This document shows positions 1 through 13,986 of a stretch of DNA of 64,000 bases, piece after piece (the first letter of the stretch is position 1; every line of letters begins with the position of its first letter). The stretch is from Eledone cirrhosa (taxonomy: Eukaryota): NCBI GenBank assembly GCA_964016885.1, contig OZ024749.1, positions 41,168,001 through 41,232,000 on the forward strand, written 5' to 3'. The translations under genes were made by a program, and so were the position numbers. The notes under the pieces were generated by a model. The model saw only the letters and a list, made by a program, of their open reading frames with translations, did not search any database and was not told where the DNA came from.

Positions 1-146
1 CTTCTGGTCTGCAGTGAAGGCCTTTTCTTGAGATGCTATCTTGCTCTCTTCTGAGAACATGTCCTATCCACTTCCATCTTCTTTTGAGGAGGATTGCTGC
101 CATATTTTCCTGTTGGCATCTAACTAGCAATTCCTTATTGGAGATC
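1..146 (-). mobile_element. RTE-clade LINE ORF2 C-terminal fragment
   Basis: Minus strand translates ISNKELLVRCQQENMAAILLKRRWKWIGHVLRR, the RRW.W.GH.LR motif typical of RTE elements. Confidence 0.8.
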
Positions 147-430
147 AGAGATCTTTTCAGACAATAAAATACAGTAAATAGAAAGATGTTAAATTAGTAA
201 GAGTTGTTTAAGCATAGGAATAAAAGCCTCAGTATTTATTCCAGCTCACTGGATTCTGAGTTCAAATCCCACCTAGGTCATCTTTACCTTTGATACTGTC
301 TGCAGTGGTGAGTAAATAAATAGAGGAACCAGTCCAGTGGCAGTAGATTGGTGGGATTGTTAAGGAGTTGGACAAAAATTGTTTTCATGTATCTGTCCAC
401 AGCTCTGTTCAAATCCTGCCTCTTCCTGCT

Positions 431-1370
431 GCCAGATGTTGCAACCAGTAGATAGTATCAGCAATAAAAAGATCAAATGAAACACAGTTTCCTTAGTCTG
501 ATCTGATGATTAGCTTTCTTCTGCCAGGAGTTGCAACCAGGAGATAGTATCAGCAATAAAAAGATCAAATGAAACACAGTTTCCTTAGTCTGATCTGATG
601 ATTAGCTTTCTTCTGCCAGGAGTTGCAACCAGTAGATAGTATCAGCAATAAAAAGATCAAATGAAACACAGTTTCCTTAGTCTGATCTGATGATTAGCTT
701 TCTTCTGCCAGGAGTAGCAACCAGCAGATAGTATCAGCAATAAAAAGATCAATTGAAACATAGTTTCCTCGGTCTGATCTGATGGCTGGCTGGCTCTCTT
801 ATGCCAGGAGTAGCAACCAGCAGATAGTATCAGCAATAGAAAGACCAGTTAAAACATAGTTTCCTTGGTCTGATCTGATGGCTGGCTGGCTCTCTTATGC
901 CAGGAGTAGCAACCAGCAGATAGTATCAGCAATAGAAAGATCAATTGAAACATAGTTTCCTTGGTCTGATCTGATGGCTGGCTGGCTCTCTTATGCCAGG
1001 AGTAGCAACCAGCAGATAGTATCAGCAATAGAAAGATCAATTGAAACATAGTTTCCTTGGTCTGATCTGATGGCTGGCTGGCTCTCTTATGCCAGGAGTA
1101 GCAACCAGCAGATAGTATCAGCAATAGAAAGATCAATTGAAACATAGTTTCCTTGGTCTGATCTGATGGCTGGCTGGCTCTCTTATGCCAGGAGTAGCAA
1201 CCAGCAGATAGTATCAGCAATAGAAAGATCAATTGAAACATAGTTTCCTTGGTCTGATCTGATGGCTGGCTGGCTCTCTTATGCTAGGAGTAGCAACCAG
1301 CAGATAGTATCAGCAATAGAAAGACCAGTTAAAACATAGTTTCCTTGGTCTGATCTGATGATTAGCTCCT
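431..1370. repeat. Minisatellite, ~10 units (three of 92 bp, then 96 bp)
   Basis: Unit starts GCCAG at 431, 523, 615, 707, 803, 899, 995...; produces the repetitive ORF 849-1241. Confidence 0.95.
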
Positions 1371-1857
1371 TTCTTCTTTTTTTTTCAACTTATAGCTTTA
1401 TTGTTATTGTTTTAATATTGGAAATCTTTATTTTATATTTCATTATGCTGGTGGCAGGGGTGGGGGTCTTGTTTCTTTTTGGATGTTTATATTTTTGATT
1501 CTTTTTTTTGTTTTTATTTAAATTTTATTGTTATGAGCAGATGATAGCAATGTTGCTATTGATGTCATTAGCTAATTTCTACCACTGATTGCTATTGGCT
1601 ACTGATAGCAATGTTGCTATTGGCTGTTAACATTGTTGTCACACATTATAGCTATTGGTATTAATCCTAATATTGCTAATGCTGTGTTTTACTTTGTAAT
1701 TGCTGTTCCAATTTCCATACCATGTTTGTTTGTTTTCATTTTTCATCTCTCTCTTGCTAATGCTGTTGTTGTTTGTAGTGTAAACTTGCATGGGTTATTT
1801 TTATCTGTTGCCTCCTTCCTCCTCCCCGCTCTCATTTGTATTATAAACAATGAACAG

Positions 1858-1908
1858 GGAAGGAAAGACAACCCTGACTACATCAATAATTCCTGGGGAA
1901 ATCTCTGA
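1858..1908 (+). CDS. Possible short (alternative) terminal exon of the same upstream gene
   Basis: gaacag|GRKDNPDYINNSWGNL*; pyrimidine-rich sequence upstream; weak support. Confidence 0.25.
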   Translation, partial: GRKDNPDYINNSWGNL

Positions 1909-3544
1909 TAAAATATAATGGTAATATTAGCTATCCATTTTCCCTCCTCTCTTGCTCTGTCCGTCTCTACCTTCCATACATTGGTGCTGGTAAGACTGAA
2001 CACTAATGTGAAATAGGTGCAGGTATGGCTGAGTGGTTCAGGAAGTTCACTTGGTTACCACAATATTTCAGGTTCAATCCCACAGATCAGTACTTTGGAC
2101 AAGTGTCTTCAACTACAGGCCTAGGATTGACCGATGCCTTGGTAGACAGAAGCTGTGCAGAAGCCTGCCATACAGTATGTAAAATGGAGGTGTGACTTAT
2201 ATTCAAGTATGTTTGTGTGTGTGTATATATATTTATATAAATGCAATGTAAAATAACTGATAATTACACATGGGACACCAAGCACATAATTGTATTTTCT
2301 TTATATTTTGCTTGCTTTACCTGTTCTTTTTTTGTTTGTTTGTTTTTATTGTTGTTTCATTTTTAATTAAATCAGCTTTCAACTTTTTTGTCTTGAGCTA
2401 ACTTTATTAACTCTATCATTAATTAACCATACTATCATTATTAATTAATAATAAAAATTCTATTATTATTTTTAATATTATTATAACTATTAATCACATT
2501 GTTATTTCTAACTATTAATCTCATTATTATTATTATCTATGTTTTTCTTGATGTTAACCCTTGTGAATAAAGAAATTATTATTCTTATTTAGTGTCGGAC
2601 ACTATGCTTTGTGGCATAGAGTTACGTCCCTTTACATTCTGAGTTCTAATATTAATGTTATTGTGAAATTACTAGAATGACAGTATCAGTAGAACAACTG
2701 GATAAAATATCTTACAGTATTTAGTTACATCCCTATAAGCTTCCTGTTCAAATTTAAACACATTACTCTACCTTCTGGTTAAGACTATGCTTTTAGCCCT
2801 TCCAGGGTCAATATAAGTACGAGCCAGTACTAAGATTCAATATAATCAACTGTTCCTCTAACCCTAAATTTGTTGGTTATTTTCGCCCACTTATTCCTGA
2901 GAGGGTCATGGAAGCAGAGTCCTCAAACACTCCTTCCAGTGAGACCAGTCAAGCTCATGGATGTTATCCAAACATCTTGCTCAGGGTCTACCCCTGAATC
3001 TCCTGCCGGTTGGTTTTGTCCAGCAATTCTTTCCTGAGACATTCTAACCACATGCCCATAGTATCAGAGCTCTGATCTCTCAATTATTATTAGTATTATT
3101 ATTATTACTAGGGCGGTAGATTGGCAGTATCGGTAGAGGGGTAAGATGGCATTCTTTGCAGCATAGTTACGACCCTTTCAAATCCCGCCGAGGTTAACTT
3201 TGCCTTTCATCCTTCCAGGGTCAATAAGCTCAAGTACCAGTTGATTTAGTGAACCACACCTAAGATTTTTCACCCAGTAAAATGTTATATATACATATAC
3301 AACAAACGTTTTAAGGCCATTTTCCTGCTAAAGCCAATGTTAACCTTGCAAACTTCACAGTAGGCTTGTCATGTTTTGGGTCAATGTTTTACTGCCTGAT
3401 GCTCTTCCTGGCACCAACCCTTTTTGTTAGTCGCTTCTTACACTATACAGGTATATAGTGTACCTATTCTGAACGAGAGACACACACACACACACACACA
3501 ATATGACTTATATACAAGTATACACACACATATGTGTATATATA

Positions 3545-3643
3545 CAGGGTGTCTCCTAAAAATGTGTACATACTTTGGTTACCTGTATAGGCAATATTTA
3601 TTAGAATGCTGTTGAAGTGTGTATACATTTTTTGGGGGGCACC

Positions 3644-3646
<3 letters not shown>
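3545..3646. mobile_element. Tc1/mariner-type MITE
   Basis: TA|CAGGGTGTCTCCTAAAATGTGTACATACTT ... AAGTGTGTATACATTTTTTGGGGGGCACCCTG|TA imperfect TIRs with TA TSD. Confidence 0.75.
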
Positions 3647-3682
<36 letters not shown>

Positions 3683-3781
3683 ATTTTTCGGCTCTGTTTA
3701 ACTACATTGAGCTATACCTTTTACTGTCATTTCTATAATACAAAGAGGGTGTTTAACTCCAACACGCTCCAGTATTTTAAC

Positions 3782-3830
<49 letters not shown>

Positions 3831-3910
3831 CACACATACATATATATAATGTGTGTATAATTGTTGTTTTTCTTTTTTTCTTTTCATTTTCTTTTTCTTT
3901 CTCTCTGCAG

Positions 3911-4012
3911 CGAGACAGTCATAGTAAGTGTTTAGCCCACATCCCGACCTCGGCAATCTACTGCGCAGGCAAACCCTCCACAATCACAGACCAAACCAGA
4001 GTGTGTGTATAG
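3911..4012 (+). CDS. Probable 3'-terminal coding exon of an unidentified upstream gene
   Basis: Long pyrimidine tract + ctgcag acceptor, then CpG-containing unique ORF RDSHSKCLAHIPTSAIYCAGKPSTITDQTRVCV*; AATAAA repeats at ~4029-4044; phase assumed 0. Confidence 0.5.
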   Translation, partial: RDSHSKCLAHIPTSAIYCAGKPSTITDQTRVCV

Positions 4013-5240
4013 AAGATTTAACAAAAAAAATAAAATAAAATAAACTACAAAAAAATATATATACTTATATATATATATATATATATGTATATACATATAT
4101 ATATACATATATATGTATATACATATAAACACACATATATACATATATATATATATAGTATATATGTATATATAGAAACCCCCAAAAAACTTACAAACTA
4201 ACAATAAAAACTCAACAACATTCTTCCCTCTTTGTCTATATTTTTCTTTTCACTTCTTCTCTTTATCCCCCCCTCGCTTCTCCTTATCTCCCTCCCCCCT
4301 TCTTTTTCTTTCTTTCTTTCTTTTTTTTTTCTTTTTTTTTTCTTTTTTTTACCTTCTGATCCAGGAAATTTTTTTTCAACTGTCCGAACCATCACATTTT
4401 AAATATAAACTGATCAGTGGTGGTGATGGTGGTGGTGGTGGTCATTTTCTTAAATATTGACAAATATAATTTTCATTTTACCAAAATTAATAACAGCAAC
4501 AACAAAAATAATAATGTTTATAATAATGATAATGTTTATACCAATAATGATATTCACAGAAAAAATGAAGGAAGTAATGTTAGACATTTCTAATTTGTCT
4601 TATCTTTTTTATTCTGGTTGTCGTCGTGGGTGGATATTCAATGATCAGGGAATAAATAAACCACTAACATCAAGTACATGCACACACATATGTACTACGT
4701 ACTACAAGCATACACATACAAGCATATACATATACATGCACACACACACATGTATTACATAGACATCTAGCATATACATGTACATACACATGTACTACAT
4801 AGACATACTAGCATATACATGCACACACATTCACATATACATGCACACACATTCACATATACACACAAATGTATATATATATTTACATACAGATATCACC
4901 ATATTGTTCACAACCATTCTGCTGTTGCTGTTGTTGTTGTTGTTGGAGTGGTGGTGGTGGTGGTGGTGTTGTTATTTCCTGCCATTAATCAAATATTTTG
5001 GCCAGTGTTTGGAATAACACCAGCAGCCGATTCTTAACCTTCCAACAATCTTCATACATATATATACATGTGTATGTGTATATATATATATATGTGTGTA
5101 TGTGTATATATATATATATATGTGTGTATATAAATATATATATATATATATATATTTTTTTATGTATATAAATATATGTATTTGTATATGTGTGTATATA
5201 CATGTGTATATGTATATATTTATTTATTTATTTGTGTGTG

Positions 5241-5280
<40 letters not shown>

Positions 5281-5469
5281 AAGGGGGAGTAGAAGCATCC
5301 AAATTCTAAATACATTTCACTGTGTGCACGTATGTATACATTTTGTGTATGTACGTGTGTGTACATGCATGTATATGTATCTTGATATACATGTAAGAGA
5401 GTGCATATATTTGATGCATGGAGTACAGCTTACTCTCTTTATCTCTCTCTCGCTTTAGATTCATATATG

Positions 5470-5568
<99 letters not shown>

Positions 5569-5817
5569 CAGTAAACACTTTGTTACCAAGATATAAAACT
5601 TGCCAGTGTTTTTACATAGCAAATCAACAAATGTACTCAACACTACTGTTATTACTATTACAACTACAACAATTACCACCAGCACTACCACAACCATTAT
5701 TACTATTTTCACCACTACGAGTACCACCACAACCACTTCTACTGTTACTACTGCAGCCACTACTACTATTATTATCACTACTACTATCACCACCATTACT
5801 ACCACCACCACCATTAT

Positions 5818-5855
<38 letters not shown>

Positions 5856-8800
5856 AATAATTTGACCACTATTATTTTATTAATGTTCAAAAATTTTACT
5901 TGTTTACATTGTTATATATTAACATAGAGCTCTCACTATATACACCCATGTAACATACATGTATGTATGTATATATTTGTGTGTGGTGTGTGTGTATATA
6001 TATATTAACAAACATACACTTCTCACCATATACATTCATGTAGCATACATATATGTATGTATGTATATATGTATATATTTGTGCGTGGTGTGTGCATGTA
6101 TATGTATGTAAATAATTAAGAAAGTGGTGATTGTGTGTATATGCGTATATATATAGCAACAACAACAAATGTTTGACATTTTCCTCATCAAATTAGGGGT
6201 TCACCTTACAAGGTCCCATGACAGGCTTCATACTAGTAAGGTATTTTTTTTAATGCAATGTTTTTTGGTTGGATGCCCTTCCTGGTACCAACCATTTTGG
6301 TCACCTCATATGACATGCAGGCATATGGTGTACATATTCTAAACTGGATATACACAGCCTATATATATAAATGTCCTAGTGTTGGTGCCATGATAAAATG
6401 CACTCAGTAGACTGTGGGTCCATATAAGTGATATGCAGGCTTCCGGCCTCTCTGGGAGGCCTGTAGCTCAACTTCAGTATTGACTTGGTCTTTGAAGACC
6501 CAGCCAACCCTTGCTAGCAGGGAAAGCAGACATTAAATGATGACACTAATGATATATAATATAATATAATATAATATATATACATGTGTTGTGTGTATAT
6601 CTGTGCATGTGTGTCTAACTACATGTATATATGTATACATACTGTGTGTGTGTATGATGTATAAATTAATGCCACAGTCATCAGATACAAGTTGTTTACA
6701 ACCATGAGAACTTTTTTCCTACACTTGGTAACTCCCCAAACTCTGGGAGAGTGCCTTAACGGCTATGGTGTGTCCAATCACAAAAATCACTAATAATTTA
6801 ACCCTTTCATAACCATATTTCTAATGAAAGATGCTGTCTATGATTTTCAAATAATTTTGAAAATAACCAAGAATCTGAAGGGATTTAGTAATATAACTTT
6901 CTTGTTATTAAACTGGTATTTAAAACATAATAAAAGTTCTTATATAAAATGTGTGTTTTTAGATTAATATAAACACTTCAAAAATGAAGTTTTGGGGTCA
7001 TTGAGCCAGAGATGGTTTCTGGCAATTTGGTATCAAAAGAGTTAAATGGTAGCTCAATTCCATATCATTTCAAAATTACATACATACGCATGCGCATGCA
7101 CACAGAAACTGTGTGTGTGTGTGTTTTATCATTTTTCTGTAACAATCTACCATCATACCAAAACTGTCAGTGTGTTGCATCATATACACTACTACTACCA
7201 CTACTAATCTCAATTAATAAACCCCTTCCATCTTCATCTTCATTAAGCGATCTACTTATACCTGGGCACTAATGTGATGTTACTAAATAACTTTAGTGTT
7301 AGATAAGTAGATATTAGATAGATCGGTAGGTAGGTAGATTGGTGGGTGGTTGGGTGGGTGGGTAGTTAGACAGAATGATAGATAGATGGATGCAGTGGCT
7401 TAACATGGCCACAGTCAAAAGACTGAAACCAGTAAAAGAGTGATATAGATAGACAAGGAAGATAAAGAGAAGAGAGAAAGCGGTAGATAGACAGGTCATT
7501 AAAGAGAGTGGTGGAATGAAGGGGAAATAATTGGAGAGAGATAGAGAGACAGTTAATTGAGGAGAGAGTGGGAAGGAAAGGAAGCAATTGGAAAGCAATA
7601 GACAAGCAATTAACAAGAGAGGTACATAGACAGGTAATTGAGGAGAGAGGGGGGAAAGGAAAGGAGATAACTGGAGAGAAATAATAAATGAGGCAGGTGT
7701 ATGTATGTAGGCGTGTGTGTGTGTGACAAGAGAGAATGTTGCCATTCCTTGAAAAATATTCCATTGAACTATTGCTAGGAATGATCCTGTTAATCACTGC
7801 TTCAGTGGCGCCATAGAAACAATAAAACATTTGGTTCTTCTCTCCACCTTCTCTTCTTTTTCCTTCTTCACCTCCCCTTCCATCTTACCTTTTCTTTCTC
7901 CTCCACCTTCTCTCATCAGTCATTTTCTGTTTATTTTTCTTTGTAAAACCTTAAAAAAAAATTTTTTTTCTTCTGAAAAACAATGCAAACCAAGAAAGAA
8001 AGAAAAAAACAAGCAAAAACAAAAAAAAATATATATATATATATAAAAACAAAAAAAAACAACTCTTGAAACATTTGTTATTTTTATTTTTTTTTATTTT
8101 CCATGTTATATATACATGTGTTGTTGTTGTTGTTGCTGTGAAGATGGGGGGTGGGGGAGGGGACACCCTGTTTCATTTTATTTTCTTGGTTTGGACAATA
8201 AATTTATCTCATTTTAGTATTTCCTTATTTCATTCCATTCTTTGGGGGACCAAAGAAAGAAAAAACAAAATAGTTCCAAAGTAGGAACTAGAATCTCTGG
8301 GTATTTAACAAGTCCTTCCTTTTTTTATGACTGTATTATTTTTTACCTTTTTATTTTGAAATTTTATATATATATATATATATAATTGTTTCTACTTTTG
8401 GCACAAGGCCAGCAATTACCCAGTGTATTACTGGTACTTTATTTTATCGACCTTGTAAGGATGAAAGGCAAAGTTAACCTCGGCGGGATTTGAACTCTGA
8501 ACATAAGGGCTGTAACTCTATGCTGCAAAGCATGGTGTCCAATCCTCTACTGATACTGCCAATCCACCGTGAAATTCCGTTATAACAAAATTCATGGGGT
8601 ATAAAAAAAATTCTTTATAACGAGATCGATCTAACACATTGAGCATGTGGCCAGGGATTGAAAAAGATTTTGTTATTATGGTATTTGTTATAATGGAATT
8701 TTACCTGTCGTATATATATATGTTGCCAAGGTTATAGTATCATCTATAATCTTGCTTACACATATTACTCACTCAATGAAGTATGGAATTAACTTTTATT

Positions 8801-9390
8801 GAACAAAACCTGTCTCAGAGTGTTACCTAGTGTATATTTGCAATGTGGCATGTGCACACACACACACACACGTGTGTGTTTTGGTTTTTCATACTACAAG
8901 AGTAAAGGAGTACCAGTTCAAATAAGTACTCAATACAAAATAGTAGAGAATATATATTATACTATACATAATTTATCCTGACAAAAACTTTGATCTGTGA
9001 TTAGCTCCTGATATATATATATTGTGTGTGTGTGTATTTATGAAATAAATTATCTCATATATATTGTGTAATATTATGTATAGTTGTGTGTTAATTACGT
9101 AATAATGATATTACACAATATATATATATGTTAAATGGTGATGATATTGGCTACTGTATGTTTTCCTACTTAAACAGGTCAATTTATATGAGATCTGGTT
9201 CATGTTTTCATGTTTATACATAGCTGAATCAAAGAAATATATATATATATATATATATATAATACAGAGTAGGCCAAAGTCAAACTAGTAGTCTAAAAAA
9301 AATGTTTCATTATTATACATTATTTCATTTAGTGAATACATAAAGCAGTTTTTAAATGGTGGCATGAGTTTTGGTCCACTTAGTATATGT

Positions 9391-9660
9391 GGAGGCATGT
9401 GGCCTAGTGGTAAGAGTGTTGGACTTGCGATCATAATGTCGTGGGTTCGATTCCTGGGTTGCGTGTTGTGTTCTTGAACAAAACACTTCATTTCACGTTG
9501 CTCCAGTATACTCAGCTGGAAATGAGTACCAGCAATAGCGGAGGTTTAACCCTGCGATGGACTGGCGTCCTGTCCAGGGGGGAGGCTTATACTCCCAGTC
9601 GCTTCACGCCATGAAACCGGGATAAGCACCGGCCAAATGAACCTTCTGGCTTAAGACAGA
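9391..9660 (+). mobile_element. tRNA-derived SINE family B (CORE-like body); other copies ~17466-17590(+), 28040-28170(-), 31726-31838(-), 43725-43826(-), 46153-46290(+), 51443-51660(+)
   Basis: A box TGGCCTAGTGG and B box GGTTCGATTCC followed by ..CTTGA(G/A)CAA(G/A)ACACTT..TTTCAC.TTGCTCCAG..CAGCTG..AATGAG; many diverged copies. Confidence 0.85.
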
Positions 9661-9672
9661 CTTTAGACTTTT

Positions 9673-10087
<415 letters not shown>

Positions 10088-10713
10088 GTTTCCATTAAAA
10101 CATGGAAAGGAACTACATTTAAAGTAAGACCATACAATAGGTAGAGAGGATACAAACCATGATGATGATGGTGGTGATGAAGAAACTAATAAAAAAAAAT
10201 GGATGGCTGGGTGGTGAGACGTGTTCCTCCTATAGATGTTACTATAGCAACAAAGCCATCTATGGTAAGGGGTAAAAGATAACCCACCTCTCTTGATAAC
10301 ATACAGATATGTTTAACTTAACGGTGAAATTTCACCCTACCGTTACTTTATTTCTAATTTAAGACACTGCCAATGATTTTCAAATTATTTTGAAAATAAT
10401 CCAACGAATTTTCTCATTATCTAGGTGGTGTTTGGAAAATAACTTAACAAAGGTTCTTACATGAAATTAATATGGAAGGTTTTTAAGAGAAATATAAACA
10501 CTTCAATATAACCTATGATTTTAAAATAATTTATAAAATAATCAAGAATTTAGAAACAACTAACTTTTTCATTATCAAGATTGTGTTTTGAACATAATTT
10601 AACAAAGGTTCTTACATAGAATTATGATAGAATGATATTAGTTAAATATAAATATTTTAAAACAAAGTTTCAAAGGGGTTAATTAGCAGGGACCCCAGTC
10701 ATACCATCCTGAC

Positions 10714-10755
<42 letters not shown>

Positions 10756-10842
10756 CAAAGAGATATTTAATTCTACAGTATTCTTCTGGAGTATAATATC
10801 AATGATATTAATAAATGGAAACTATCTTTATAAAACCATATT

Positions 10843-10903
10843 TATTTTATTATATATATTTCAAGGGTACCAAAATGTTGGTACGCCCTCATCAGATAAA
10901 ATA
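10843..10903 (-). ncRNA. Minimal type I hammerhead ribozyme (Penelope-like element type)
   Basis: Minus strand: stem I UAUUUUAU - CUGAUGA - stem II GGGCGUACCAA(CAUU)UUGGUACCCUU - GAAA - UAUAU-AUA - stem I' AUAAAAUA. Confidence 0.7.
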
Positions 10904-11598
10904 TAAAAATTGTTTTATAAATATTGACATATCCAAAAAATAAGAACTTATCGTTTTGGATAGTGAAAGAAATGTCAAATCTTAGGATGAAATATGTTAA
11001 TGAGGCTAAACATACAGTTGAAAAAGATCATTATATTTAGACGCTAGATAAATTTAAATAATTATTAGGATGATTTTTAATTTTTTTTATTTTTAAGGGA
11101 AGAAGAGAGAGATGTTAATATTAATATTAGGGTGTAAGAAAATTTAAGGAATGAGTATAAGAAAAAAGTATATTATATTTAGAAATACACTATTATTATT
11201 AAAGTATAATTGTATGGATCAAATCAGTGATGGTGTAAAGAGAGTGATATAATTATAATTATATATTTTGGTAGTATCTATAAAATAATATGAGAATTAT
11301 AAATGTGTTGAAGTGGTGGAATACCAATTTTAAAAATTGAGAGATAGTAGTAATTATTGGATCTATTCAAATGGTGAGTTATAATATTATATAGATAATA
11401 TTTATAAGTATATTAATAATAGTAATGAAATTATTGTGTAAAGTGCTCAGATGCACTACAACTCGTCAAAGGTGCATGTATAATACATAGAATAATATAC
11501 AAATGTCAGGGAAGTGAATAGTGTATGAGTCATGATATACATGTGTGTATGAAAATGTTTCATGTATATATGTGTGTGTGTATATATATGTATATATA

Positions 11599-11703
<105 letters not shown>

Positions 11704-11749
11704 ATATATATGTGTGTATATGGATAAGAAGAAAGAAACAAACAATCAA

Positions 11750-12047
11750 GAACAACCAGAGTTAATTATAAATAATAAAGTAGTTTAGAATAGTTTTGAA
11801 ATATACATTGGATAAAGGAATAGTTTCATTAATTATAATATTAATAACGGTAATAATAAGAGAATAATAAACTTTCAGGATAGAGATACAGTACTTTGAT
11901 AAAAACTGTATCTCTATCCTGAAAGTTTATTATTCTCTTATTATTACCATTATTAATATTATAATTAATGAAACTATTCCTTTATCCAATGTATATTTCA
12001 AAACTAATCTAAACTACTTTATTATTTATAATTAACTCTGGTTGTTC
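11750..12047. repeat. Long inverted repeat: 143-bp arms, 12-nt loop
   Basis: 11750-11892 is the reverse complement of 11905-12047 with about 2 mismatches. Confidence 0.92.
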
Positions 12048-12101
12048 CTGTTTGTTTGTTTGTTTTCTTTCTTTCTTTCTTTCTTATTAGTTATCTTTTA
12101 A

Positions 12102-12298
12102 CCCTTTAGCATTTAAACGGGCCATATCTGGCCTCTCACCTCTTTCTGTTCAAACCAGCCATAACTGGCTGCTCATACTTATGTTAAAGTATTGTTCTCA
12201 AAATAAATAATATCAAAATCTCATAGATTCGATATTATGTGAGGTAAAGCCTTTGCTTTGAAAATACAATAGTATAGAGTAATGTAAATGGTAAAGGG
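12102..12298. mobile_element. TTAA-flanked (piggyBac-like) MITE
   Basis: TTAA|CCCTTTAGCATTTA ... TAAATGGTAAAGGG|TTAA; closely similar copy at 30709-30916. Confidence 0.75.
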
Positions 12299-12986
12299 TT
12301 AAGAAGATACTAGTTCTAGCAGTTGGTTGTTGACCATGCTGTTGGAGTTAGTGCTCAATGGCTGAGCTCTTGCCATTTCAACAGCTAGTTCCCAATACTT
12401 TCTAATATATTCATACTCTATTGTCCCAAGTATCAAGTACGCTATTGAGTAATGGGCTAACTAGTTTAAAACTGGGTCTATCCTGATGTACGTATAATAC
12501 AAGAATCTGTGATCTGCAGTAAACTATACAATGTACAATATAAAAGAAAACAACTGACTACTGGACAGGCTGAGCCCCAACCTATGTGTGTGAAGAAATA
12601 AACCAGACTATGGAACAGCACTGCTTTCTTTATTCTCTGCTAACCAACCAACTCATGCAGCTCAAAAGACTTTGCAGACTTCAGTAAGGGGGATAGGTTG
12701 TTATGGGTGGCTTCAGTAAAACAAGCAATTGTTCCAACAATTATTGTGCTGAAACTTTTTCATGTATTATATATATGTTATGTCTCAGGTAGGTAATAAT
12801 TAAGAAGCAAAAAACAACAAAATGGAAAAAAAAGATGGGTAATAAATAAACTAAAGTATCTGGTTTGGTCTAGCTATATGTGTATGTATGTACTATCTGT
12901 GTGTGTATTTGTATACCTAAACATGTGTGAATGTGTGTATGTATATTTTATCCCAAAACATGTCTATATATTTCTTTACATGTGTG

Positions 12987-13049
<63 letters not shown>

Positions 13050-13954
13050 GCATATACTACAAACACATTAAACACACACACATAGGCTCACACTACACAC
13101 ACACATATATAACTATACAGGCCTAACTGATTTCAAGTTGCGCTTCCACTAAAGCCAGGAGTGTACTATTATGATAATGTAATACTAAATACTATGAGAT
13201 CAGATAGTGTAGTATGGTAGTCTAATATCATATAGTACCAGGTATTATAGTAATACTGTAGATAGCAGTAAATACCAAACAGAAACTGTACTGCTGTGAT
13301 AGTGTAATATGGTAGTGTAATACTATGAAGTACCAGGTATTATAGCAGTACTGTAGATAGTAGTAAAGAATGCCAGATGACCGAGGCTGTCCAAGAACTA
13401 TGGTAGATGTTTTTTGGGCAAACTGCCAGAGAAGTGAGAATTCTACTCCCCCCAATTTGGTTAACTATGTTCTTTCAGTGTGTTTCCGTAGTATGGATTT
13501 CATTGTGTGTGTTTATATATATATATATATATATAATGGCCATAAAATGATGATACACACCCACACGCATATAATCTCTCTCCTTGATAATGGTTAAGAA
13601 ACTCTGTGTAGTGTTATCACAGAACTGACAGTGAGTATCCCATGATCCTCTACTTCTAGATAGTTTTATACTGACACCAATGCTATCAGCATCAACAAGA
13701 CCACCACTAACACCAACACCAATACCACTATTAACACCACCAACATAAATACTAACACCATCACCAACATCAACACCACCAATATCAATGTTGACGGTGG
13801 ATGGTTTTGGATTTGTTGTTTGTGCGACCATTTTGAAAAAACTGATAAACAGAAGAATTTAAAAAATGTCCATCTTATCTAGGTTAAGACGCTAATCATC
13901 TATTGCCTGACAAAATTGCCTGTAAATAAATTACACAAGTGTGTGTCTATGTGC

Positions 13955-13986
<32 letters not shown>

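Noticed and set aside
849-1241. 130-aa ORF with a repeated signal-peptide-like unit and KR sites, resembling a neuropeptide precursor
   Set aside because: It is the translation of a 96-bp SINE-derived minisatellite; neighbouring 92-bp units break the frame and there are no splice signals
431-1370. CRISPR-like regular array
   Set aside because: Units are full tandem repeats with no unique spacers; eukaryotic context; no cas genes
7895-7920. CTGATGA...GAAA on the minus strand
   Set aside because: Intervening purine-only sequence cannot form stem II; not a hammerhead
9391-9460. tRNA-like sequence with A and B boxes (also 17466, 46153, 51443)
   Set aside because: No complete cloverleaf or acceptor stem; continues into a SINE body with many diverged copies
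13475-13831. 118-aa Gly/Val-rich minus-strand ORF resembling a structural protein
   Set aside because: Built largely on a degenerate (CAC/CAA)n repeat and runs into (TA)n; no recognisable domain
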